The translations under genes and the position numbers were made by a program. Positions 48,874 through 57,202 of a DNA stretch of 64,000 bases are shown here, piece after piece. The notes below the pieces were generated by a model. That model did not search any database and was not told the DNA's origin. It saw only the letters and a program-made list of their open reading frames with translations. The number at the start of each line of letters is the position of its first letter. The first letter of the stretch is position 1. This stretch comes from Barthelona sp. PCE (Eukaryota): assembly GCA_040285745.1 (NCBI GenBank), contig JAUFOR010000008.1:1302001-1366000 (forward strand). Reading direction: 5' to 3'.

Positions 48874-49179
48874 ATGCCACCAAAGAAAGTAATATCCCGG
48901 GCAAATATTGAGGCTCATTTTGGAAAGCCACGCGCGGACGCAGCAAAAGCTTTAGGGGTTAGCGTTTCAACGCTTCGGAAGCGCTGCAGGGAATATGGTA
49001 TCAAAGTTTGGCCTTACACCAGAGCAGATATCGATCAGCCAAGGCCAAACAACAACGCTCACGTGTTAGAACCTCTTAATACAACGATAAATCAACAAGT
49101 TCTAGATTTACTATGTGAAATTTATCCTCATCTATATGATAATACAGGACTACATCACTTCAGTGGCATGCCTATGTGA
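48874..49179 (+). CDS. Small RWP-RK domain transcription factor
   Basis: I..HFGKPRADAAKALGVSVSTLRKRCREYGIKVWPY; ATG at 48874. Confidence 0.9.
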   Translation: MPPKKVISRANIEAHFGKPRADAAKALGVSVSTLRKRCREYGIKVWPYTRADIDQPRPNNNAHVLEPLNTTINQQVLDLLCEIYPHLYDNTGLHHFSGMPM

Positions 49180-50410
49180 ATAGCTGGTTAAAAACAGCAG
49201 TGTTGAAAGCTCTTCTCAAACCGTTAACACTTCCACGATCTTTCGGGTAAACACGGTTTGTTAGAAGACTGGTGCAAATCCTGTACTTTGGAGAGCAGCA
49301 AATCTGAGTGCCAGTGTATCCAAGATGTAAGAATGTAGTTGTATCGTGATTACCTAATTCGCCACACGTTCCACCAACCGTTGATGTATCCCATCCAAGC
49401 GCTCTGCTGGATCCAGCGGGTTCGTTTCTACGTCTAATAAAGAAGTCGAGGGTGGTCTTGTTGAATAAACGATGTTGACCATTGAGATCTACCAAAAGTT
49501 TGGTAATTTCTCTTGCTGTGGTGAAAAAACCTGCATGTCCTAACCAACCACCAGCGACAAAGGCATTTCCATCGCTGACTGGGCCCTGCATCTGACCACG
49601 GAAAGTGTAGTACCATGTGGGAGCGGTATATTTATAAAAAGCTGGATCGATCTGTAGAGCGCTTCTTTCCATACTTAAAAATTCAATAATGTACTTACGT
49701 ACATATGCCTCATAGTAACAGAGGAGGTTTGACGTGCAACCCTCTCTGAAATCAGAGGAAGACACAAGATTATTTTCTTTTGCTACTTGTCCAACGACAA
49801 AGGCCATTGTCATCATGGAAATATCAGAGTATTTGAATACCTCTCCGGGGCGCCACTTAAGCTTCATGTGCATCACTGCGTTGTAAATCTTGTCTTGACA
49901 TGTATATACCATTGAGGGATCTTTGTTAACGACTTGAGGGCAAGCAAATGTGTTAGACCAAAATTCTGGGACTGGGTCGGGGTAGAAACCAGCGTTGTGC
50001 AGCAGGCAGTTCTCAATTGTGATTGAGGCCTTACCATTATCACCGAATTCTGGCAATATTTTATAAACAGGGGTTGTAACATCAAAGTATCCCTTTTCGT
50101 AAAGTTGTGCAATGGCCGTTGTGGTCATCGAGACCTTTGTAACGCTTGCCATATCGAAAATCGTGTCAATTGTCATGGGGGGATTTTGTCCAGGGTTGCG
50201 TGGTGCCGGTTCACCATATGTAAAAGATCCCTGAGCCGATTGGACAGTTACTAGTTTGTTGTTCTTATCGTAGTGAGCAACAGACCATGCAGCACCAGGA
50301 GTCACGCGTTTGTCTATATATTGCTGGATAACTGAGTCAATTGCTGTAGGATCAAGTGCTACGCACACGGCAAGTATGCAAAATATGAAAGTGAGTAAAA
50401 AAGAATGCAT
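49172..50410 (-). CDS. Secreted beta-lactamase-family (class C/PBP-like) serine hydrolase
   Basis: Signal peptide; FDMASVTK (SxxK), LLHNAG, PG..F.YSD, GHAGFF, HLGYTGT, LTNRVYP. Confidence 0.92.
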   Translation of the reverse strand: MHSFLLTFIFCILAVCVALDPTAIDSVIQQYIDKRVTPGAAWSVAHYDKNNKLVTVQSAQGSFTYGEPAPRNPGQNPPMTIDTIFDMASVTKVSMTTTAIAQLYEKGYFDVTTPVYKILPEFGDNGKASITIENCLLHNAGFYPDPVPEFWSNTFACPQVVNKDPSMVYTCQDKIYNAVMHMKLKWRPGEVFKYSDISMMTMAFVVGQVAKENNLVSSSDFREGCTSNLLCYYEAYVRKYIIEFLSMERSALQIDPAFYKYTAPTWYYTFRGQMQGPVSDGNAFVAGGWLGHAGFFTTAREITKLLVDLNGQHRLFNKTTLDFFIRRRNEPAGSSRALGWDTSTVGGTCGELGNHDTTTFLHLGYTGTQICCSPKYRICTSLLTNRVYPKDRGSVNGLRRAFNTAVFNQLFT

Positions 50411-50694
50411 GTTAAGCGTGAAAAAAAGTACTTCACTTTTATTGTTTCTGTTTGATTTTTAGGTTCTTTCTGCTTGCTTTCTTTGGTTAATATGCTCAGT
50501 AAAGCGCTGATGTCGATATTAAACAGGAAATATTGTTAAGAATGGATACAGAAGAGCAACTTAGTGTTGAAGCATAATTTGAAATAAAAAGGTGGGTCGG
50601 TGTGGGATTCTATACCACTTAATGCTTGATGTACACAGAACATTGTGCTGAATTTCGGCTTCTTAGTTTCTTTCCTATTCTTGGCGCACATCAC

Positions 50695-51120
50695 ATGAAG
50701 AACCTCTGTATCAGTGAAAACGGGGCATCGATCGTTGATTATAGCTCACAGTACCACCACGAGAGTCGTGTGAGCAACTTGTTATTAAGAGAATCAAATC
50801 TCGTGTGGTTCAGCGATATTGAAGCTCTTCCACCCCACTACGTCACCTTTAAGTTGGACGAGGTGCACAAAATCAGTCGAGTGGGCATCTTTTTGCATGG
50901 AGAAAGCAATCAAAATCCGGCACATATTGAATTTCAGCTTAGCGAGGATAATGAGAACTGGACTTCCATTGTCAACGAGCCTATTGAGCACAGACAAGGT
51001 GATTTCTTTTATGATTTGCCCAATATCTCTTCACAGTACGTTAAATTGATTGTGCATTCAAACTTTGGTGGAAGTGGTATTTTCATCTCCAAAGTGTACG
51101 CTTTTGCTTCACTTGAATAA
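50695..51120 (+). CDS. Discoidin/F5-8 type C (galactose-binding-like) single-domain protein
   Basis: NGASIVDYSSQ, SNLL, WFS, PHYVTFKL, SEDNENW, QYVKLIVHSNFG; IFT25/HSPB11-like fold and size. Confidence 0.75.
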   Translation: MKNLCISENGASIVDYSSQYHHESRVSNLLLRESNLVWFSDIEALPPHYVTFKLDEVHKISRVGIFLHGESNQNPAHIEFQLSEDNENWTSIVNEPIEHRQGDFFYDLPNISSQYVKLIVHSNFGGSGIFISKVYAFASLE

Positions 51121-51457
51121 TAAAGCTCTGTTTTTTGTATTTATTTCATATGCAGGTTATCTATATCCTATATTGTGCACTTTACATAAGATATTTTGGG
51201 CATATGCATGTTTTTCTTGTAAGATGATCGTTATTTGTACTATTTTATAAGCAGAAATTTTGTGCAAAAAACTTTCTTACCTTGTTTAAAATTAAGAAGA
51301 AGTTTATATCAAAACACACGTGTGTTTTGTGTATATTGGTACGTGTTCTAGGGGAAAAACTTTTTGAATGTAAGAGAGGGCAATATTTTGTTTTGCTTCC
51401 AATTTAACTTTATTTGTAATTTATTATATCGAAAGAGGGTTAATGCAGTTTAAATTT

Positions 51458-52264
51458 CTAAAACATAGCACCAATACCACTCTGATCAACGGATGAAGAT
51501 TTGTACTCGTAGTCGTTTTTTCTCTCTTGCCAAAATTCAGAAACTCGATCACTCAGCGCTGATCCACTCGAACCGCAGCACTCTAGAACAGGGAGATGGT
51601 GCTCAATGGCGAAATCTCGAAGATACCTCATTTCTTCAGCTATTCTGGAGATATCAACGTATTCAGTTTCATGTGCAGGTAGCTCCCTTTGCATTCTAAG
51701 CTCCTTGTTGCGCTTTGCATTCATTGTAAGAGCTACAACAAGGATCTCTTCACGATCAGCAGTGTTGTGGATGATCCTGTGCAATGTTGGATATGTTTTC
51801 TCGATTGAGTGAGAGTTTTGTGCAATATCTGAATAGATTATGGGAAGATTAAGGACTTTATAGCCTCGACATGCAAGATGCATACTGATGGATGTTTTCC
51901 CAACCTTAGATGGTCCTAAAAGCACAATATCTGACTGAAAGAAGTCAAATTCTCCTGTTCTTTGTCCGTCATCGTGCTTAATGAAGAATTCAAGGTTTTC
52001 TGATGTCAAATACTGTATTTCTTCAAGTGACAGACAGACCATTGAATGAACTCTCCCAATTCCAATGATTTGCGAACTAATCTCGCTATGGGGGGAATAG
52101 ACGACGATGTTCTTGTTCCAAGGGTTTAAATCATGACAAGAAGTCAGTTTTTGGAGTATAGTTGAAGGGTTCGCAGTTATTTTTCTAACATCGAGATATT
52201 GCAGGTTTTCAAGGTCTGTGAATAGAACAGGGACATCCACATCCACAAATATGAAGATGAACAT
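51458..52264 (-). CDS. PPDK/PEP-synthase regulatory protein (DUF299 kinase/pyrophosphorylase)-like
   Basis: EFFIKHDDG, SDIVLLGPSKVGKTSISMHLA.RGYKVLNLP, R.QR, Y.D...I.EE. Start at 52264 or 52372. Confidence 0.85.
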   Translation of the reverse strand: MFIFIFVDVDVPVLFTDLENLQYLDVRKITANPSTILQKLTSCHDLNPWNKNIVVYSPHSEISSQIIGIGRVHSMVCLSLEEIQYLTSENLEFFIKHDDGQRTGEFDFFQSDIVLLGPSKVGKTSISMHLACRGYKVLNLPIIYSDIAQNSHSIEKTYPTLHRIIHNTADREEILVVALTMNAKRNKELRMQRELPAHETEYVDISRIAEEMRYLRDFAIEHHLPVLECCGSSGSALSDRVSEFWQERKNDYEYKSSSVDQSGIGAMF

Positions 52265-52405
52265 GGAGAAGAGGGATGATATACCGTTAGCCACTTTTAT
52301 GATTTTATTTAAGGATAACCAAGAATTCACGTTTTTGGAATTAATATGGTGAGTTAGGTACCCAACATACATGTAAATGGTGTTTATAGATATTTACAAA
52401 ATTTT

Positions 52406-55400
52406 TTAAACGTGTGGTCTGCTCACAAAAAGAAGAATAGAAGTGCACAAAAGAACTGTGGTGAGCAGGATGTAATGCTGTCCGACCGCTAACGCAATGA
52501 AATATACTGAAAAATTAAATACAAATGTAAAAACAAGGGTTTTTGGCTTTTTGATATAAGTGGCACACAAGAAGAGAACGGGGAGCAGCAAGAAAAGGTA
52601 AGAGGGTGCCTGTGCAGACATACTGAGCTCAGCAGAGGCGAGGGATGGAGTGGTTGCGCAGAAGAAAACATTCAACTGAACAAGAAAAGCATAGCACAAC
52701 TGTTGAACAAAAGATTGCGATTTTCCGCGCTTTTGAGCGAACCAAAGGATCAGAGCAGCGAGGTGCAGCGTGACACACACCCATAACAGGGGACCTGAAA
52801 CGCGGAGAGTCAGGAGATTAAGAACGTCAAAGCGAGCACCGAGGAAAGGGAGCACATAGCACACAAGCATGATGAGGCCCGCGCCCTCAGCACGCTTCAA
52901 AGCTGCGGCAATCGTGGAAATTGCAGCAATTGAGATCAACGAAATGAAGAAATTGGAATAATTGGTTTTTGCACACATAAACGCATAGCCAACGTGGCCG
53001 TCGTCGCACACAGAGCAAAGATACCCGGTGGAGTTGCGGCACCTATCTCCATTGCAGTTGACAGTGGGACAAATAACAGCTTTCATAAACGAACCCTCAA
53101 GGTAGTGGTCTGGACTTGCGTACTGTATCACACCGCTGGAACACCGCACTGTTTCATCGCACGGAACGCATAAACCTTCTTCGATACGTGTTCCTTCAGA
53201 GCAGAAGCAGGCGTTAATATCAGAACTGCCTTCCACTGAAGTTTTGGAGAGCGGACATTCAGCACACGGTTCATTTCCGATCTCATTCTTATACGTTCCT
53301 GGGCCACACACGACGCATTCGTCTGATATCAGCGAAAGTGTGTGCCCAACATTGCACTTGCAACTTCCCTCAGTATACGATGATTTTTGAGAGCATGTTA
53401 CGTTACCGATAGTGAAAACGTTAGATATGAGACTCGTGTTCGACACGAATCGCACCTCTATGAAGTCATTTGGCTCCACCAAAAGAGGCGGGAACGTGTA
53501 GGCACCGTTTTCGCTGTATGTGAATGTTGTGTTGTAAAGTGAGATGCCACCAACAAGAGCAGTGAGTTCAATGGTATCGCGAACAGCCGCACCACTGTAG
53601 TCTGTGAAATTAAGTTCTAGAATTAGATCAAACCCAACAGCAGCCTGAACGACTCTTGTATTGAATGAGTAAACGGTTGGTTCGAAGCTGATGGTATGCG
53701 TGGCATTATATGGGCCCAGCGCTACCGTGACACCGACATCCTGCGTGGGGTCAGCGACAGTTAAGGTTTTAGTGGTGTCGTTATAAACACACCCACTATG
53801 TGCATTACATGACACTTGTGCTGGTCCTGTTTTTCCACCATACGCATCAGCACAGTCGATATCAACTATTGTTGTTGCGTTTGGAAGGAAAAATTCGTCT
53901 TTTTGAGGTTTAAAACTGCAGGAAACAGTTTGACCAACGAGAACTTCGAGATATCCAGTTTCGGACACGCCATCAGCAGAAAAGATAAGCTGATGTGTCC
54001 CGTGCGCTTTGGGTATCGGTATCCACACTAGATCAGAGACCACGTTGCGACGGATACCATCAACAAATACAAACGGAACTGTGATGACATGGCGACGGAT
54101 GTTGAGGAACACGCACCTCAAAAGAGCTGATTCCCTGTCGATAGATACTCCACCGGAAATAAGCGGTACGATCTCTGTCGGCTGATCGTAAAGATGACCG
54201 TGAAGCTCAAGCTCAACTAATGAGTTGCACTCGTTATTGAACTCAACGGTGACCGATTCGGCAGCGTAACGATGATTCAGAAAGACAACACAAACTGTTT
54301 GGTAGCGCAATCCTGACACATAATCCTCGCACACAACTTCATCTCCGCTGTAAACAAACGTATACTCGTCGTCAAAAGTGAGAGACACAGACGGTGTGCA
54401 CACGTCGTTCATGAAAAAGAGAGTGTTTTCGACATACACAGGCTCAGCAACACTAACAATGTGTGCTGTGGCCGCATACAGCCCGTCGCAGCGCTTTCTG
54501 CTGTTTATACGCGGATCGTCTGCTGTGAATGGCAGGTACCTAATGTAAGGCATTGAGAGGATATCGCTGAACACCTCAACACTTGTTGGCAGAGAGCTGT
54601 TGTAGCACAGCTCGGACTGGGGCATTGTTATCGTAAGGAGCACGGGATGTGTGTAATACTGACCGGCTGTTGTCGATAGCTGAATCCTATACACCCCAGC
54701 GGTGACAAAGTTGCACTGTGCTTCCATTTCAAAGGTGACGCGGCACTCGACTGTTGCGTCGCTTGTGATGACACTAAGTCCATCGAATACATCTAGGTCT
54801 GTTCCCTCGAGGGTGAAGCCCTTTTGTGTAAGGAACATTCTCTGTGGCGATACAGACAATAATATAGGTTTCACAACGACACACACCTCAATTTCGATGC
54901 TAGAGGCGAATGAAGATACAGTGAGTGTTGTGTTTTGCTTCAAGCGAGAGGTGATCTGGACCGACTGAGAGTCCAGCTTTGCTACTGTAGCATTCGGCAT
55001 TGAGAAGCTTAGAATGTCCATTGGTAGTGGCTCAGCGAACCGCACAACTGAAGTGTGAACCGCATCGTATGGCACTCTTTGGACAGAAATGGGTTTCGCA
55101 TCAACTCGGGTGAATTCCAGTGTTTTACCAATAGGTTCTGCAGATACTGTGCTTCCAGAGCCACTAACGACAATGCAGCTGTTGTTTTGTGATGTGAAAG
55201 GACAGACATCACCAAGATCGTTGGTGAAAACGAGGGCATCAAACGGTAGGTTTTCGCCACAGAGTAAAACTTTAAAAGTATCGTCTAGAACTATGTACTC
55301 CTGTTGATAATCAAGAGAAAATCCAGAAACAGTGCCTGCAGCCTGTGTTATATCATCGCAGACTAAATCAGCAAGTATATCTTCTGAATCAATGGCCACA

Positions 55401-57202
55401 TCGCAGGAAATTCTAGTTCCCGATTCAGAAACAGCGCAGAGCGTGGTTGTGTTGCCCATGCGAAGGAGGGTGACGGAACACGAGTCCCAGTTTCTGCCTT
55501 CCCATTCCACCGTTGTGAGCGATCCGCGGTTGGCAAAATGAGTCTTGCTTAAAACGAATAGCTGTACGAATGACACGGGGAGCGTTACACGTTGGCCCAC
55601 GGTATACTCGATGCTGAGCACGGATGACTCCGTGACTGCGACTTTATCTGTCGAGACAATAAACCCGCCATCAACATACGCTGAAAACGGCACGTTATCC
55701 AGTAGAACAACTGCTGCGTCAAGATTTGCATTTTCGAGTTGGATGGGAGGCAACGTTGTCTCGTCCGCATACATGACCTTCTGAGGTGAGACGCCAAACA
55801 CAAGTACCTCTCTGTTGAGACTGAGCCAGTCCCCGTCTTGTTTCATGATTGCAGCGTTGAACATACCAGTTGGGAGTGAAACATCGCACTCGAAGACACT
55901 TATCTCGTGAAGATCACGACAGGGCACCTGAATCGAAAAATGTAAACTTGTTAACTTCAGTTTTGGCTGCAGGGCTAGTGGAAGTTGTTCAAAACCAATG
56001 GTAAGAGTCGAAGTATCCTTTAACTCTGTACTGGGAATCTCTGTTGGATGAATAGTTGGGAGGAAGGCGTATGAAACCGAAACGGGGTTGCTTGTTTGAC
56101 CATCGACGTTCACTGTCAGAGCGAATGTTTCGGTTAACAGCGTAGCACTTGATCTGCACATGGCCAGGGGTGGCGGAGGAAGGTTAAGTGTCGCGCTGGT
56201 GTGCGATATCACAGTTACAGGAACAGTTGCTTCCCAGCCGGAAGCTGCATAAAGATGAGCTGAGGCAAGCTCTCCTGATGGGCCGAAATTATTACCAGTA
56301 AGGCGAACCGCTGTGGATGAGAAGCAAACACCAGACACACGGGAGTGTATGAATGGAGGTTGATAACCGATAGTATAATCACTCGTGTATACTGAGCCAA
56401 CCTCAACAGAGTAGTCGATGGTTGCACCGGTTCCCTCCATTACACTCACCATCAGCTCATTGGGGCTCACCACTTTGTTTAGCTGCATCTTATCCGAAGC
56501 TAACGTAGTTGCGCCTGGGAACGCCAGCGATCCAAGAAAGTCACCATAAACAAACACGACATCACCTGCTGTTGCAACCAATGGCGGATTAAACGCCATG
56601 ATGACAGGTGCAGGTGGTGATACTGTGATAACGGTCCCATATACTGTGATTGCCGCATGACCGATGCATTCAGAAATCGTAACTTTGAGATTGTGTCTTG
56701 ATAAGATCAACTCAAAAGCAACAGTGGACGAGTTGGTCGCTGATGCCACCTCGCAGCCGCCGTTGTATTCTGCGCTGATGGGGATAAGCTCAGTCTGAGG
56801 CAATTGTGTCAGTTCGATCGATGTGATACCGAGAGACGGCGGTGGAAGCACAACACTACGCTCGTAGCAGTATGCGTCATAGCAGATATCCAGAGATATC
56901 TCATCGTGGGCACAGCTGTCAACTGGAAGGGTGGTTGTGATGTCTGTATCTTGCCACGATGAAACAACTACCTCTACGCCATTGATGCGGAGAACAAACG
57001 AGGCACTATCAAATGTCACAGGTGACAGCAGATCGGTTCCTCTTATCACCAGAGCTATTCCTGTGACTTCTGCTCCAGTGATGGTAGGCGGTGTTCGTGA
57101 TACAAACTCGAAGACTCCCTGGCTCTCACCTTTGTTCTTGAACTCAATAGTGTGGTTATAACCGTAGAAAGAAGAAAAGCGTAGACCGGCTGTCGTTTCC
57201 AG
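52406..57202 (-). CDS. C-terminal part of giant surface protein: IPT/TIG-like repeats, Cys-rich (GCC2/GCC3-like) stalk, multi-TM tail
   Basis: Frame open from 57202 with no ATG or signal peptide near its beginning; LTGNNFG, VDGQTSN, C..CGPGTYK...GN..C.ECP and several TM helices. Confidence 0.8.
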   Translation of the reverse strand: METTAGLRFSSFYGYNHTIEFKNKGESQGVFEFVSRTPPTITGAEVTGIALVIRGTDLLSPVTFDSASFVLRINGVEVVVSSWQDTDITTTLPVDSCAHDEISLDICYDAYCYERSVVLPPPSLGITSIELTQLPQTELIPISAEYNGGCEVASATNSSTVAFELILSRHNLKVTISECIGHAAITVYGTVITVSPPAPVIMAFNPPLVATAGDVVFVYGDFLGSLAFPGATTLASDKMQLNKVVSPNELMVSVMEGTGATIDYSVEVGSVYTSDYTIGYQPPFIHSRVSGVCFSSTAVRLTGNNFGPSGELASAHLYAASGWEATVPVTVISHTSATLNLPPPPLAMCRSSATLLTETFALTVNVDGQTSNPVSVSYAFLPTIHPTEIPSTELKDTSTLTIGFEQLPLALQPKLKLTSLHFSIQVPCRDLHEISVFECDVSLPTGMFNAAIMKQDGDWLSLNREVLVFGVSPQKVMYADETTLPPIQLENANLDAAVVLLDNVPFSAYVDGGFIVSTDKVAVTESSVLSIEYTVGQRVTLPVSFVQLFVLSKTHFANRGSLTTVEWEGRNWDSCSVTLLRMGNTTTLCAVSESGTRISCDVAIDSEDILADLVCDDITQAAGTVSGFSLDYQQEYIVLDDTFKVLLCGENLPFDALVFTNDLGDVCPFTSQNNSCIVVSGSGSTVSAEPIGKTLEFTRVDAKPISVQRVPYDAVHTSVVRFAEPLPMDILSFSMPNATVAKLDSQSVQITSRLKQNTTLTVSSFASSIEIEVCVVVKPILLSVSPQRMFLTQKGFTLEGTDLDVFDGLSVITSDATVECRVTFEMEAQCNFVTAGVYRIQLSTTAGQYYTHPVLLTITMPQSELCYNSSLPTSVEVFSDILSMPYIRYLPFTADDPRINSRKRCDGLYAATAHIVSVAEPVYVENTLFFMNDVCTPSVSLTFDDEYTFVYSGDEVVCEDYVSGLRYQTVCVVFLNHRYAAESVTVEFNNECNSLVELELHGHLYDQPTEIVPLISGGVSIDRESALLRCVFLNIRRHVITVPFVFVDGIRRNVVSDLVWIPIPKAHGTHQLIFSADGVSETGYLEVLVGQTVSCSFKPQKDEFFLPNATTIVDIDCADAYGGKTGPAQVSCNAHSGCVYNDTTKTLTVADPTQDVGVTVALGPYNATHTISFEPTVYSFNTRVVQAAVGFDLILELNFTDYSGAAVRDTIELTALVGGISLYNTTFTYSENGAYTFPPLLVEPNDFIEVRFVSNTSLISNVFTIGNVTCSQKSSYTEGSCKCNVGHTLSLISDECVVCGPGTYKNEIGNEPCAECPLSKTSVEGSSDINACFCSEGTRIEEGLCVPCDETVRCSSGVIQYASPDHYLEGSFMKAVICPTVNCNGDRCRNSTGYLCSVCDDGHVGYAFMCAKTNYSNFFISLISIAAISTIAAALKRAEGAGLIMLVCYVLPFLGARFDVLNLLTLRVSGPLLWVCVTLHLAALILWFAQKRGKSQSFVQQLCYAFLVQLNVFFCATTPSLASAELSMSAQAPSYLFLLLPVLFLCATYIKKPKTLVFTFVFNFSVYFIALAVGQHYILLTTVLLCTSILLFVSRPHV

